From positions 1 to 64,000 of IMG/VR virus record IMGVR_UViG_3300020577_007233: DNA of 64,000 nucleotides, one strand, 5' to 3'. The DNA is from a virus. Lineage: Duplodnaviria > Heunggongvirae > Uroviricota > Caudoviricetes. The translations under genes and the position numbers were made by a program. The notes below the pieces were generated by a model that saw only the letters and a program-made list of their open reading frames with translations, was not told where the DNA came from and ran no database searches. Every line of letters begins with the position of its first letter. Position 1 is the stretch's first letter. Positions 10,470-19,771 of the stretch are shown here, piece after piece.

Positions 10470-11350
10470 TCGATGATTTCTCCAACATGGCTTCCGTGCT
10501 TCATTGGTTGATGAGCAGGGAAGGGTCGAACATCATGAATCCCAAAAAACTTGATAGGATCATACTTGTAATCAAAGACCACCTGATCCTTGTCGTTTCT
10601 CTTGATGGGCGGTACTTCTGGAATTTCCGGAAAAAGTTCATCAAGAACTGATTGCGGTATTGTTATTCCTTGTATCTTTGCGTTTGCAATGTATTCTTCC
10701 TTGCCTTTGAGGGTTTTCTCTCGATATTCAGATTGTTCTGCTCTCTGCTTATGATATTCTTCTAGGTTTCCAACAACTTGCTCAACAACAAACCCCTTGT
10801 TGAACTTATCATGAACTATAGCCTTGTCTCTGAACTTTTCCCAAACGCATTCCTTGAGGAAATCTTGGTCACTTCCCTTGTAGTCATATTTGCCCCAAGT
10901 GTTCATTTTGAGTCCAATGTTTTCAATAAGACCGGCCTTGACTCCCCACATACCTCCAAGCATAGGAACGTTATGTTCCATATGGTCTCGCATGCAATGC
11001 AATGGCTTGCCTGACTCTAGCCATTCATCAACAGCCGCCTTCTCTCTCTCATTGATTCTAGAATCAATGTCTCTGAAAATAACAGTATCTATACCGCTTT
11101 CTGAAGCAGGCAAGAATCTCCAGAAAAGACCCTCCCACTTGCTCTTAATTGCCTTCATTACAAAAACTTCAGCATTGAGCTTTCTAAGCAAATCCATGAA
11201 GTTTGCGTCAACATCAGAGTCGCAGTAGAAACGAGGAATCCATCCAGGATAAATCTCGTCAATCAACTTGATATTTTCTATGCAACCGTTTAGATACTTA
11301 GGACTGTTACCCCAAACGCTGAATGATATTAGATTAGTTGTGTGCGCCAT
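10466..11350 (-). CDS. conserved putative glycosyltransferase
   Basis: ISFSVWG..PKY, FWRFLP, RDIDSR, MRDH, MLGGMWG, DQDFL. Confidence 0.7.
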   Translation of the reverse strand: MAHTTNLISFSVWGNSPKYLNGCIENIKLIDEIYPGWIPRFYCDSDVDANFMDLLRKLNAEVFVMKAIKSKWEGLFWRFLPASESGIDTVIFRDIDSRINEREKAAVDEWLESGKPLHCMRDHMEHNVPMLGGMWGVKAGLIENIGLKMNTWGKYDYKGSDQDFLKECVWEKFRDKAIVHDKFNKGFVVEQVVGNLEEYHKQRAEQSEYREKTLKGKEEYIANAKIQGITIPQSVLDELFPEIPEVPPIKRNDKDQVVFDYKYDPIKFFGIHDVRPFPAHQPMKHGSHVGEIIE

Positions 11351-12140
11351 AGCTCCATCCTGTTCTTTTCTGTAAATCACGCCTTAAAGATTCAAGCCTT
11401 TGTTCCATCGGAGTCGCCATTATTTCGTCGTAAATACCACCATTTACGCTATAAGCGTTCGTCCTTTTGTGGTTGATATGAAGAAAAGAGGTATCCCTTA
11501 CTTCATGCATCTTAGTCAAAGTTGTTATTCTGCCCCAAAACTCACAATCTTCGCTTCCGTATCCACAGAACCTTTCGCACATGCCTCCTGCTTTCGCAAA
11601 GGCCTTTTTGGTAAATGCGATACTGCCCCCGGAAAAGTAATCTACTCGTTTTGACCCATTCCAAAGCAAGCCTGTTTTCAGCAATGTAACATTGTATATC
11701 TCTTTGCCAAAGAAACAGGATTCGTACTCATTTAGCGTAGCATCTATCCTTGCAAAATACCCCTTGGGAGGTATAATGTCAGCATCGTTCATAAGTAGTT
11801 TGTTGTAAGTAGCAACCGCAAATCCAGCATTGATTGCTATTGATTTATTGAACGGTGTTGGACCGCTCTGCGTAAAGATTTTCCTTACTCTTGAGTCGTT
11901 TATGAAGTGGTTTATGTTGACTCTTTCAACTTGGTCCTCTTCAGATACGATAATTTCAATAGGCTCAACATTTTGCAATAGAAGCCTTGTTATGCAGTAG
12001 TTTAAGTTGTTCTGTCTGTCTGGTCCTCTGGCTGGAATAATAACAGACAAACCAGAAATGGGTTGAACAGACATGACTGAAAACTCAAACTCCTTTCGTA
12101 TGTTAGGAGGCAAGTTTGCTATGGCTCTTGGAAATATCAT
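11334..12140 (-). CDS. glycosyltransferase, GT2 with GT7-like C-terminal motif
   Basis: SVIIPARG, FNKSIAIN, DAD, GYGSED. Confidence 0.85.
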   Translation of the reverse strand: MIFPRAIANLPPNIRKEFEFSVMSVQPISGLSVIIPARGPDRQNNLNYCITRLLLQNVEPIEIIVSEEDQVERVNINHFINDSRVRKIFTQSGPTPFNKSIAINAGFAVATYNKLLMNDADIIPPKGYFARIDATLNEYESCFFGKEIYNVTLLKTGLLWNGSKRVDYFSGGSIAFTKKAFAKAGGMCERFCGYGSEDCEFWGRITTLTKMHEVRDTSFLHINHKRTNAYSVNGGIYDEIMATPMEQRLESLRRDLQKRTGWSYGAHN

Positions 12141-12751
12141 CCTCCCCAACTCCTTATTCTAGGGTGAATATGAGGAGGCTTATTGACATGAGGAGCAGGA
12201 TTAGGAGGTCCGCCCTTCTCGTATAGATAGTGATATAGAACGCCTGGAATAAACTTCTCATTCTTCAATAAAGGCAACAGTCTTGTTGAAAAATCCTTGT
12301 CTTCGCCAAAATTGCTTTCTGGGAATTTGGTCGCAACCGCAAGTTCTCTCTTGATAGGATTGAGATGGTTAGGGCAACGATAGTAAATTCCATTTTGTTC
12401 AAACCATTCTTTGTATTTCAATGAATGGATAAACATTCTTGGATCTTGGCCTTGAAAGGTTATGATACCCTGTATTCCGCAACAATCAGGGCGATTTTCT
12501 GTTGCTTCCATAATCTTCCGAACATAGTCATTTGAAACAATATCGTCGTCGTCAACAAAGGCTACATAATCACCCTTAGCCTCGTCAAGTAGCATGTTTC
12601 TTTTCCTACCGATGACTAGCTCACCAGAATCAGTCTTAACCAAAACCTCTACATCATTATGCAACTGAGGCTCAAGAACCTTTTGGAGCCTTTGTAGTTT
12701 GTCCAATCTTGAAGCGAGCGAACAAACAAGGATAGATAGTCTTTTGCTCAT
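12137..12751 (-). CDS. glycosyltransferase family 2
   Basis: LSILV, GRKRN, AKGDYVAFVDDDD, GED. Confidence 0.9.
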   Translation of the reverse strand: MSKRLSILVCSLASRLDKLQRLQKVLEPQLHNDVEVLVKTDSGELVIGRKRNMLLDEAKGDYVAFVDDDDIVSNDYVRKIMEATENRPDCCGIQGIITFQGQDPRMFIHSLKYKEWFEQNGIYYRCPNHLNPIKRELAVATKFPESNFGEDKDFSTRLLPLLKNEKFIPGVLYHYLYEKGGPPNPAPHVNKPPHIHPRIRSWGG

Positions 12752-13572
12752 ACGATTTTTCCTCTTCTTGAGAGCTTGATAGCTCTTTGCTTTTCATAGT
12801 TCTTTGACCAACGATTCATGGCTTGCAATTTCTTGTTATTAGGATCCTGAATCATGCTAATCGGTATTTGCCCATTTTGGTCTGCTAACCTTTGAATACC
12901 CTTACCTTCTTCTCTAATGAGCCATTGTGTAAAGTTCCTATCTCCCCTGTTATACCCTTTGTCTCTCATCCAAGTTCTTCCCAAGTCTTTCAGAACAACG
13001 GTCTTGGGATCAAATGGGAAATACAAAAAGCTTTCTCTTCGATATGAAGCTTTCAAATTCCTAATTTGAACTTCAGGATTATCGGCTATTACCATCTTTT
13101 CTGCCATTTCTCGGCAAAAGGTTCCTCTAAGGAAGGAAGGCGATAGCCAGAAATCAGATTTAACATTCTTCCATGCCCTCAAAGCAACCTGTTGAACATG
13201 AGGAGGGATAAAGAACTGGTTGAATGACGAAACCTTGAAAGGAATAAGTAGCTCCCAATCATCTTCTAGATGGAAATTGTAGTATGTTTCTATCTTCGAA
13301 AAACACCACTTAATGGCAGATGCGAAGTTTGGAGTATGAGGCATATTGACAATAACATTGCCAAAATACTGCCTTGCAATACTGGCAACCTCTTCTCTTT
13401 TATGGTCTTCTTGCTTGTCCGGGAAGCTATCAATATTGATGTAAAGGGTTGCTCTTCTAAAGTTGAAGTCCTGTAGGTTCTTGGTAAAAGACTCGTAGGT
13501 TGCTTTAATTAGCTCCGGTCTTGGCATCGCTGTTGTTGTGAACGATAAAGTAGTCTCATCAATTGGATACAT
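12748..13572 (-). CDS. GT-A fold glycosyltransferase, paralog of 13559-14332
   Basis: FTTTAMPRPEL, HLEDDW. Confidence 0.7.
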   Translation of the reverse strand: MYPIDETTLSFTTTAMPRPELIKATYESFTKNLQDFNFRRATLYINIDSFPDKQEDHKREEVASIARQYFGNVIVNMPHTPNFASAIKWCFSKIETYYNFHLEDDWELLIPFKVSSFNQFFIPPHVQQVALRAWKNVKSDFWLSPSFLRGTFCREMAEKMVIADNPEVQIRNLKASYRRESFLYFPFDPKTVVLKDLGRTWMRDKGYNRGDRNFTQWLIREEGKGIQRLADQNGQIPISMIQDPNNKKLQAMNRWSKNYEKQRAIKLSRRGKIV

Positions 13573-14332
13573 TGGGGCCTCTGAAATTTCCATCAAGCTT
13601 AGAAAGGTCAATATCTAAACTTTGATCTTGACATTGCTGATCCCTCCAACGAGTTGTTGAATTTGGAAGGAATCTCCATTGCGTAAAGTCGTCCAAACCT
13701 CGACCGTAACAAGAAGTCTTTATCCAGGATCTTCCCAAATCTCTAAGAATTACCTTGTCATCCTCAAAGGGCCAATACACAAAAGATTTACTAGGGTTGT
13801 AAGGGTTTAGGTTCCTGATTTGCTCTTCAGGATTTTTGGCCGTATGCATCTTACTTGCCGCAAAGTTGCAAAATGAAGTCTTGATTATAGAGGGGCTTAG
13901 AACGAATCTTGGGTCCGACCTTTTCCATGCGCGAAAGCCAACTTGCAAGACATCGGGATTGTCAAAAAACTCAGTAACATACGAGGGAATATCACAAAGC
14001 AATTCCCAGTCATCTTCTAGATTGAAGACATATTCTGTGTTGGCTTGTGAAAAAACCCACTTAACAGCTTGCGGAAAGCATGAAAAACCAATGTTGACCA
14101 CAACGTTAGAGAAATAGCTTGAAGCTATTTCCTTTATTCGATCAATGTTGGCGTCTTGTTCCTTGTAGTCTGTTGAATAAGGGAACTTGTCTATGTTCAA
14201 GAACAACGGAATGCTCTTGAAGTCCAGCCACTTGATTCTGTCTCGGAAAGATGAGTATGTTTTCTCAAGCAATTCTGGACGAGGCATCGCCGTTGTCGTG
14301 AAACATATGTTACTAGAATTAGGTCTACTCAT
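13559..14332 (-). CDS. GT-A fold glycosyltransferase, paralog of 12748-13572
   Basis: FTTTAMPRPEL, NLEDDW. Confidence 0.7.
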   Translation of the reverse strand: MSRPNSSNICFTTTAMPRPELLEKTYSSFRDRIKWLDFKSIPLFLNIDKFPYSTDYKEQDANIDRIKEIASSYFSNVVVNIGFSCFPQAVKWVFSQANTEYVFNLEDDWELLCDIPSYVTEFFDNPDVLQVGFRAWKRSDPRFVLSPSIIKTSFCNFAASKMHTAKNPEEQIRNLNPYNPSKSFVYWPFEDDKVILRDLGRSWIKTSCYGRGLDDFTQWRFLPNSTTRWRDQQCQDQSLDIDLSKLDGNFRGPNVSN

Positions 14333-15309
14333 AATTTGATTATCGTACAACCACAGCAGGAGCCTTTATTGAATTTTGTCAGAAGCGATTCCCTTGATGC
14401 TAGAAGAGATTTACATGAAGGGCAAAAAGTGTTTTGATGACCCTCGTAGTAAGTGTTCTGAATGTAAACGAACTTCGAAGCGCTATAAAGGTCTCGAATC
14501 CTAAGAAGAAGGCTATCTGAGGTAACTTGAGTTCCTACATCCTTGTAGGCTGGATAGATTTTGAGAAGATGAACGGGAGTATGGGGGAAAGCTGACATAA
14601 GATCAGCAAAAGAACGATGCTCTTCTATTCGTGAATCATAATAAACAGGAACACTAACCTCAACATGAGTGTTGCCAATAGCGTAAACTAAGCAGTCAAT
14701 AATGGGAGAAAAATCAGGAACACCAAAAGAAGAGTACCGCTCCTTACTCCCTTTCCAGTCTATGTTCATCGCAGAAGAAACACTGCAAAGTTTTTTCCAA
14801 ACATCAAGATTGGCGTATGCGTTTGTTTTTAAGATAAGATCAAGGCCATGTTCCTGACACTGTTTTGCTAGGTCCATAACAAATTCGAAATACACAATAG
14901 GCTCATTGTATGTAAAACAAACAGCCCCGCATGACTTTTTGACTGCGAGGCTGCAAATGTCAATAGGAGACAAGTTTTGCGACGAATCTAGCTTATTTTC
15001 TTGACTAACCATCCAATTCTGACAATAGGAACAAGACATAGAACAGCCATAACCCCCAACAGATAAAGTCTTTAGGTTTGGCTTGTAATGATAGATAGGC
15101 TTCTTTTCTATTGGTTCAACCGCTGCATGCGTTATCTTGCCATAGGCCTCAAGCATTACGCCGTTGTCGGCGATTCTTGCCTGACAAACACCTCTTTGTC
15201 CGTTCCTTAACTTACATGCATGTGGACAGATGAGGCACTCAAAGCGGCCATCTTCAATCTGCCTAGATATCAATGTTTGATCATCTTGGATGGTTTGATG
15301 AGCAGCCAT
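14329..15309 (-). CDS. radical SAM enzyme, AmmeMemoRadiSam (AmrS)-like
   Basis: CLICPHAC...G.C..R, EPIEKKPIYH, CSMSCSYCQNW (CxxxCxxC), FTYNEP, NTFCPSC. Confidence 0.88.
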   Translation of the reverse strand: MAAHQTIQDDQTLISRQIEDGRFECLICPHACKLRNGQRGVCQARIADNGVMLEAYGKITHAAVEPIEKKPIYHYKPNLKTLSVGGYGCSMSCSYCQNWMVSQENKLDSSQNLSPIDICSLAVKKSCGAVCFTYNEPIVYFEFVMDLAKQCQEHGLDLILKTNAYANLDVWKKLCSVSSAMNIDWKGSKERYSSFGVPDFSPIIDCLVYAIGNTHVEVSVPVYYDSRIEEHRSFADLMSAFPHTPVHLLKIYPAYKDVGTQVTSDSLLLRIRDLYSASKFVYIQNTYYEGHQNTFCPSCKSLLASRESLLTKFNKGSCCGCTIIKL

Positions 15310-15575
15310 ATTTCGTCTTGCCCTTTAACATCGCTTTCAATTTTAGAGCTTGGCGGATCTTTGACTTCGGAATAGAACAAGTTCTCTGCACAAATACCTT
15401 GACACAAAGACAGGCTATCTTTGTGAATGGTTACATACTGATCTTTCACCTTGTTATCTTTGTAGAACTCAATGAGAGAAACTCGTATCTTCTCAACAAC
15501 ACAAGCCGCATCATAGCCAAAGCGAAATTCAGGGCCGTATTGGTCAAGATATATTAGTTTGATGTGCTTGGTCAT
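15270..15575 (-). CDS. hypothetical protein
   Basis: ORF with AGGAGG SD before ATG 15575. Confidence 0.65.
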   Translation of the reverse strand: MTKHIKLIYLDQYGPEFRFGYDAACVVEKIRVSLIEFYKDNKVKDQYVTIHKDSLSLCQGICAENLFYSEVKDPPSSKIESDVKGQDEIWLLIKPSKMIKH

Positions 15576-15624
15576 GGCTCTCCTCCTGCTCAGGAATACA
15601 GAAAGAGACCAAACAATCCTCTGA

Positions 15625-16032
15625 TTACTCTCGCACTGTAAGTCTAATGGTTGTAACACCACTATTATCAGTAGACTGCCCATCCCACTGATACGGTCCT
15701 GATTGAACTATCTTGTGGACAACATCAGTGGTGTAATGCTTGACAAGTTCAGGGAACTTTTCATCCCATTTTCTCTTATCAAAGGCAGAAACATGAACAG
15801 TATAGGTTCCGTCTGTTTCTCGAAAGAAGCCAATATCATTACTGGCTGCTCCGACCTGACCCCTTGGAATAACTATGTGAGCTTTTTGACTACGGGCGTC
15901 TCCCTGATAACCAGAAAGTGCCACGGCGTTGTCGTGAACTTTTGGACGAAAACCAATCTTCTTGAGCGCCTCCAACAAAGACGCTTCGTACTGTACCCTA
16001 AGTTCACATTTTACGGAATGAAATTCAGAAAT
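15625..16032 (-). CDS. DUF1257 (Ycf35-like) protein, probable ATT start
   Basis: In-frame (I/M)SEFHSVKCEL...LLEALKKIG...GYQG...NDIGF; AAGGAG SD just upstream of ATT at 16032. Confidence 0.75.
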   Translation of the reverse strand: MSEFHSVKCELRVQYEASLLEALKKIGFRPKVHDNAVALSGYQGDARSQKAHIVIPRGQVGAASNDIGFFRETDGTYTVHVSAFDKRKWDEKFPELVKHYTTDVVHKIVQSGPYQWDGQSTDNSGVTTIRLTVRE

Positions 16033-16918
16033 GGGAATCTCCTTATTAATCTAAAGCATGAAACTTATAGTATTTACGATCTAAGAATACAGTTGCGTTT
16101 CGATAGAAATATCTTTCGACTTTCTTTGCTAATTGATTACCATGAAAACACATTTCCCAACCATTTTTCTTTTTTCTATAATGAGAAAGTGCTTCGGTAT
16201 CAAATTCTTTTCTAAAATGATCAGAAATAAATTCCATCACCTGCTTGTTCCCAAAAATACTTCCACATATATTATTGGTTGATTCTACTATTGAAACACT
16301 TCCATCTCCGTCAAAGTATCCTCTGATCCAATGTCTAATCAAACTTTTTCTAATCACCGGAGGTTGAAGTGTTTTGCTTTTTCTGGGAGTAACACCAAGA
16401 TTTATGAAATCTTTAACCAATTCTCGATGATTTATCTGAAGCATATCACAAAGAAAAATATCAGTTTTGCCGTTATGGGTAAGGTGGTGCTTCCGATCAT
16501 AGTGAATTGGTCCATCGTATTTTATTGCAGATTTAAGCTTTTCAAGATGACCTCTATCTTTTGAGGACAGCTCTATTTGTAAGCATTTTTTACTTTTAGA
16601 ATCAACAATACATCCATCTGCCGCAATAAATCCCAGCCAATATGCTTTTTCTTCGGTATCAATCTTTTTGAAGAATGATTCATCAAATGAATAGCAACTT
16701 TTTGGCCTTGTCCTTTCTAGTCTTGGTCTTGTAAGACCAAATTTTGCAGCTAAATACTGAACCTGATGAGGCTTAATGCCCAAATCTTCAGCTATTTCGT
16801 GTCTTCTTTTTCGTTGTACAACATACAATACTTCAATCTGATTTTTGGTTATGTTTGTTTTCATAAAGTATTCTACTTATAAAGAGTGAAGAATACCTTC
16901 TTAGCTTTCAAATTCAGA
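16030..16918 (-). mobile_element. 889-bp homing-endonuclease insertion flanked by a duplicated TCTGAATTT
   Basis: aaattcaga at 16021-16029 and 16910-16918; removing the segment restores ATG TCT GAA TTT CAT TCC of the DUF1257 gene. Confidence 0.75.
16046..16864 (-). CDS. LAGLIDADG homing endonuclease with N-terminal HTH
   Basis: EEKAYWLGFIAADG and HWIRGYFDGDG motifs, LDRK C-terminus; AT-rich relative to flanks. Confidence 0.93.
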   Translation of the reverse strand: MKTNITKNQIEVLYVVQRKRRHEIAEDLGIKPHQVQYLAAKFGLTRPRLERTRPKSCYSFDESFFKKIDTEEKAYWLGFIAADGCIVDSKSKKCLQIELSSKDRGHLEKLKSAIKYDGPIHYDRKHHLTHNGKTDIFLCDMLQINHRELVKDFINLGVTPRKSKTLQPPVIRKSLIRHWIRGYFDGDGSVSIVESTNNICGSIFGNKQVMEFISDHFRKEFDTEALSHYRKKKNGWEMCFHGNQLAKKVERYFYRNATVFLDRKYYKFHALD

Positions 16919-16940
16919 CATGATAAAACTCCAATTTTGA

Positions 16941-17426
16941 TTACATCGGCCAAGGCATTTTACGAAGCTTATAGATGTACCTGATGATTTCATATACCGC
17001 CCCTTTACCTCCTGAGGCGTTAGCAACATATGCAGAATGCTCTACAACTTCTGGTACTGCATCAGATGGACATGAGGGAAAGCCTGCTTCTAAAATGCAT
17101 CTATAATCATTTTCAGCATCTCCAATGTATGCCACATCTTCCCAAGTCATATTGTTTGCTTGAAGGTATTTACTAAGGTCTACAAGCTTGTCTCGACTTC
17201 CGCTAATAACATCGTATTTGTAGCCAAATTTCTCTCGATGAATGTCGTCTGTAGCGCCAGTAATGATCAAGATTTTGAACCCATCATTTTTGGCTTGATT
17301 TAGAGCATAGCTATCTCTTGTGTGAAAGTTTTTATGAATCTTGCCATTTTCGCCAACGTAATAGTTACCGTCCGTCAGCGTTCCATCAACATCTACTGCA
17401 ATAAGTTTTAGCGATTCTATGCTCAT
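16941..17426 (-). CDS. kdsC: KdsC-like HAD phosphatase (KDO-8-P/KDN-9-P phosphatase family)
   Basis: DVDGTLTDG, K.F..RD, AYIGDAEND, GGKGAV. Confidence 0.88.
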   Translation of the reverse strand: MSIESLKLIAVDVDGTLTDGNYYVGENGKIHKNFHTRDSYALNQAKNDGFKILIITGATDDIHREKFGYKYDVISGSRDKLVDLSKYLQANNMTWEDVAYIGDAENDYRCILEAGFPSCPSDAVPEVVEHSAYVANASGGKGAVYEIIRYIYKLRKMPWPM

Positions 17427-18268
17427 TGTTCTTTCCTTAGCTTTGCCCTCTCGGTAAGCTCTTTTTCGTCAGGATACGGCGGGGCATAGTCTATTGCACA
17501 GGAAACGTTCTTCAAATCCCTACAAAGTTTCCTGAGACCCTCTGGTTCAAGACTTGCAGCGGCATCAGTATGTCTCAAAGTTCGGTCATCAACAAAATGT
17601 CTTTCTATGTATTCTGAACCAAGCATCATTGCCGCTATGTCGGCTGCAATGCCATATCCATGATTTGAAAATCCAACTCTAAAGCCTGAATCAACAAGAC
17701 GACCTATTTCCAGCAAATGCAACTTATCGAAAGGACACGGATAAATGCTGGTACAATGATAAATCACAAAACGATCAATAACAAAAGACTTCATGAACTT
17801 GATTAGGTCTTCTTTTTCTTCTTTCGAGGACATTCCTGTAGATATATGAATATCTCCGTCGAAACGGCCTAGTAGGTATTTTATCATCTCTCTGTTATGA
17901 TTGCATGGACTTGGAATCTTGATGAAATCAGGATTGAGAGAAGCAATTTGGGCAGCAGAAGTCATATCCCATACGGAACATGAGTAGCCGATGCCAAGCT
18001 GTTTACAGTACGAATAAAGCTCTTTATGCTGTTCAATGTCAAATTCTAGAGCCTTTCTATGCTCAAGGTAAGTTTCTCCGTAAGCAAAGGTCTTGTTTGG
18101 ATGAGGCTTGTTCTTTATGTTCTCTGGAACGCTTTCATCAGGATTCCTTTTTTGGAATTTGACATAATCGGCTTCGCATAAGGTTGCCAACTGTATAAGC
18201 TTCTTGGCTCTTTCCATAGAACCGAGATGTACGCATCCAATCTCCGCTATAACTGTAGGGGGAATCAT
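17423..18268 (-). CDS. neuB: N-acetylneuraminate/nonulosonate synthase family (lacks C-terminal AFP domain)
   Basis: VIAEIG..H.G, VKFQKR, KIPS, ISTGMS, HCTSIYP, GFSNH, IERHF. Confidence 0.92.
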   Translation of the reverse strand: MIPPTVIAEIGCVHLGSMERAKKLIQLATLCEADYVKFQKRNPDESVPENIKNKPHPNKTFAYGETYLEHRKALEFDIEQHKELYSYCKQLGIGYSCSVWDMTSAAQIASLNPDFIKIPSPCNHNREMIKYLLGRFDGDIHISTGMSSKEEKEDLIKFMKSFVIDRFVIYHCTSIYPCPFDKLHLLEIGRLVDSGFRVGFSNHGYGIAADIAAMMLGSEYIERHFVDDRTLRHTDAAASLEPEGLRKLCRDLKNVSCAIDYAPPYPDEKELTERAKLRKEQ

Positions 18269-18975
18269 AGAAATCCTCCGAAGGTTTTGAAAAGACTGCT
18301 CATCATGTCGAAGTCTTCTTGATCGTCAATCTGCATACTCTCAAACTCTGGTGTTTCATATAAACAAGTTCTTCCAGAAACTCTTAATCCAGATTTGCGA
18401 AAACTTTCAGTCTTTGTTATGTAGATGTTTCCGTTGTCAAAGAACTGATAATCGGATTCCAACAATTCCTGTCTCATTGGTCTGTCTTTAAGGGAATAGG
18501 ACGGAAAAGCTTCGCCTGTTATGCGGTCTTTGCGCCAGAAAAAAGGCGTAGTCTTTTTGACAGTTATTAGACTGTCGTAGTTTCCTCGCACTAACGTTTC
18601 GATGCACTTGTCTATTAGCTGCATTCTCCTGCAAGGAGATGTTCCTTGAAGCATAATCAAATAGTCATAGTCACCATAAAAAGTCAACAAGTGCTTAATG
18701 GCTTCTTCGGTTTTTGAAACGGGTGAACAAAGCTCATCCGGTCGCTGAAGAAACTCACAACGTTCTCTATTGCTTGAGAACGATTCTACAGCCTCTTTGA
18801 TTCGAGGATCGTTAGACGAAGTAACTACCTTGTCAATATAGCGACTGTGCATCGCAGCCAACAAAGTCCATTCAAGGAGCGAATAATCACCAATGGTCTT
18901 AAACAATTTGTTTGGAAGACCAACAGATCCGGTTTTGCCTGGAACGAAAGCTAGTATGCTTTTATCGTTTATCAT
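18265..18975 (-). CDS. neuA: CMP-nonulosonate synthetase (acylneuraminate cytidylyltransferase)
   Basis: PGKTGSVGLPNK, RPDEL, LQGTSPCR, RPMRQE, NGNIY, IDDQEDF. Confidence 0.88.
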   Translation of the reverse strand: MINDKSILAFVPGKTGSVGLPNKLFKTIGDYSLLEWTLLAAMHSRYIDKVVTSSNDPRIKEAVESFSSNRERCEFLQRPDELCSPVSKTEEAIKHLLTFYGDYDYLIMLQGTSPCRRMQLIDKCIETLVRGNYDSLITVKKTTPFFWRKDRITGEAFPSYSLKDRPMRQELLESDYQFFDNGNIYITKTESFRKSGLRVSGRTCLYETPEFESMQIDDQEDFDMMSSLFKTFGGFL

Positions 18976-19771
18976 TCCTTTGTTTCCTGCTTGACTTCTT
19001 AGAAGTTTTCTTGGCCTTTTTAGCTTTCCGCTTTGTTAGAGAAGATTGCATATCTATCAGTCTGCTTGTAAGAGTCTTTTCATCAATATGACCTGCCTCT
19101 TCATTATAGCTTGTCGTTTCGTTTGGATAAAAAAGATGCATTGCTCCTACAAGATTGTTTTCAACAGCAAGATCCCGCAGCTTCTCTTCGTCGGTTACTT
19201 CTGAAGAAACATCAATCTCATTAGGTTTATGAGACGAATCCGAACCATTAGCAATCCTCGAAGCGTTGTAAACTTCCTTGCTAATCATTGCATAAAGGTT
19301 TCTAACTTTGTTTTGAAAGCTAATATCCGAATTGATGATCTTATGTATGTTATTGACAAGCCCCTGTTCAGACGGAGAAACAACCTTTTCTTTCTTAGTA
19401 GTTGCCTCCTTAACGGCAACAGTAACAGCATCATTGATAAGCTTCTTTAGAAGACTTTCAATAGAGTTTGAAGATTGCAAGTTGTTAGATAAAGACAAGG
19501 GCTTTTCAAATGGATTGACTGCTTCAATAGATTTGCGAAATTCAACTATGTTATCAGGAGAACTTCTTGGCTTCAATGCAGTCTTTTCATTACTGATTTT
19601 TTTGATGCTTTCAATTTCTTCTTTCGAAGGCGCAAATGTTGTAAACTTGAAGAACTCTTTCATAAGGTTCGTCTTTTCTTCGGATGTTTTAGCCTTACCC
19701 ATCAACTTAGTTTTGTCTCGGTTTGACAAACCAACCAAAAGACTTGCTTTTTTCTTACTCTTGTTTTTCAT
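18962..19771 (-). CDS. hypothetical protein with Lys-rich termini
   Basis: 269-aa ORF in tiling. Confidence 0.65.
   Translation of the reverse strand: MKNKSKKKASLLVGLSNRDKTKLMGKAKTSEEKTNLMKEFFKFTTFAPSKEEIESIKKISNEKTALKPRSSPDNIVEFRKSIEAVNPFEKPLSLSNNLQSSNSIESLLKKLINDAVTVAVKEATTKKEKVVSPSEQGLVNNIHKIINSDISFQNKVRNLYAMISKEVYNASRIANGSDSSHKPNEIDVSSEVTDEEKLRDLAVENNLVGAMHLFYPNETTSYNEEAGHIDEKTLTSRLIDMQSSLTKRKAKKAKKTSKKSSRKQRNDKR

Noticed and set aside
16030-16918. Group I/II intron interpretation of the LAGLIDADG insert
   Set aside because: Non-coding flanks total only ~70 nt, no P7 or domain V elements are recognisable, and the insert supplies its own SD and start for the downstream gene
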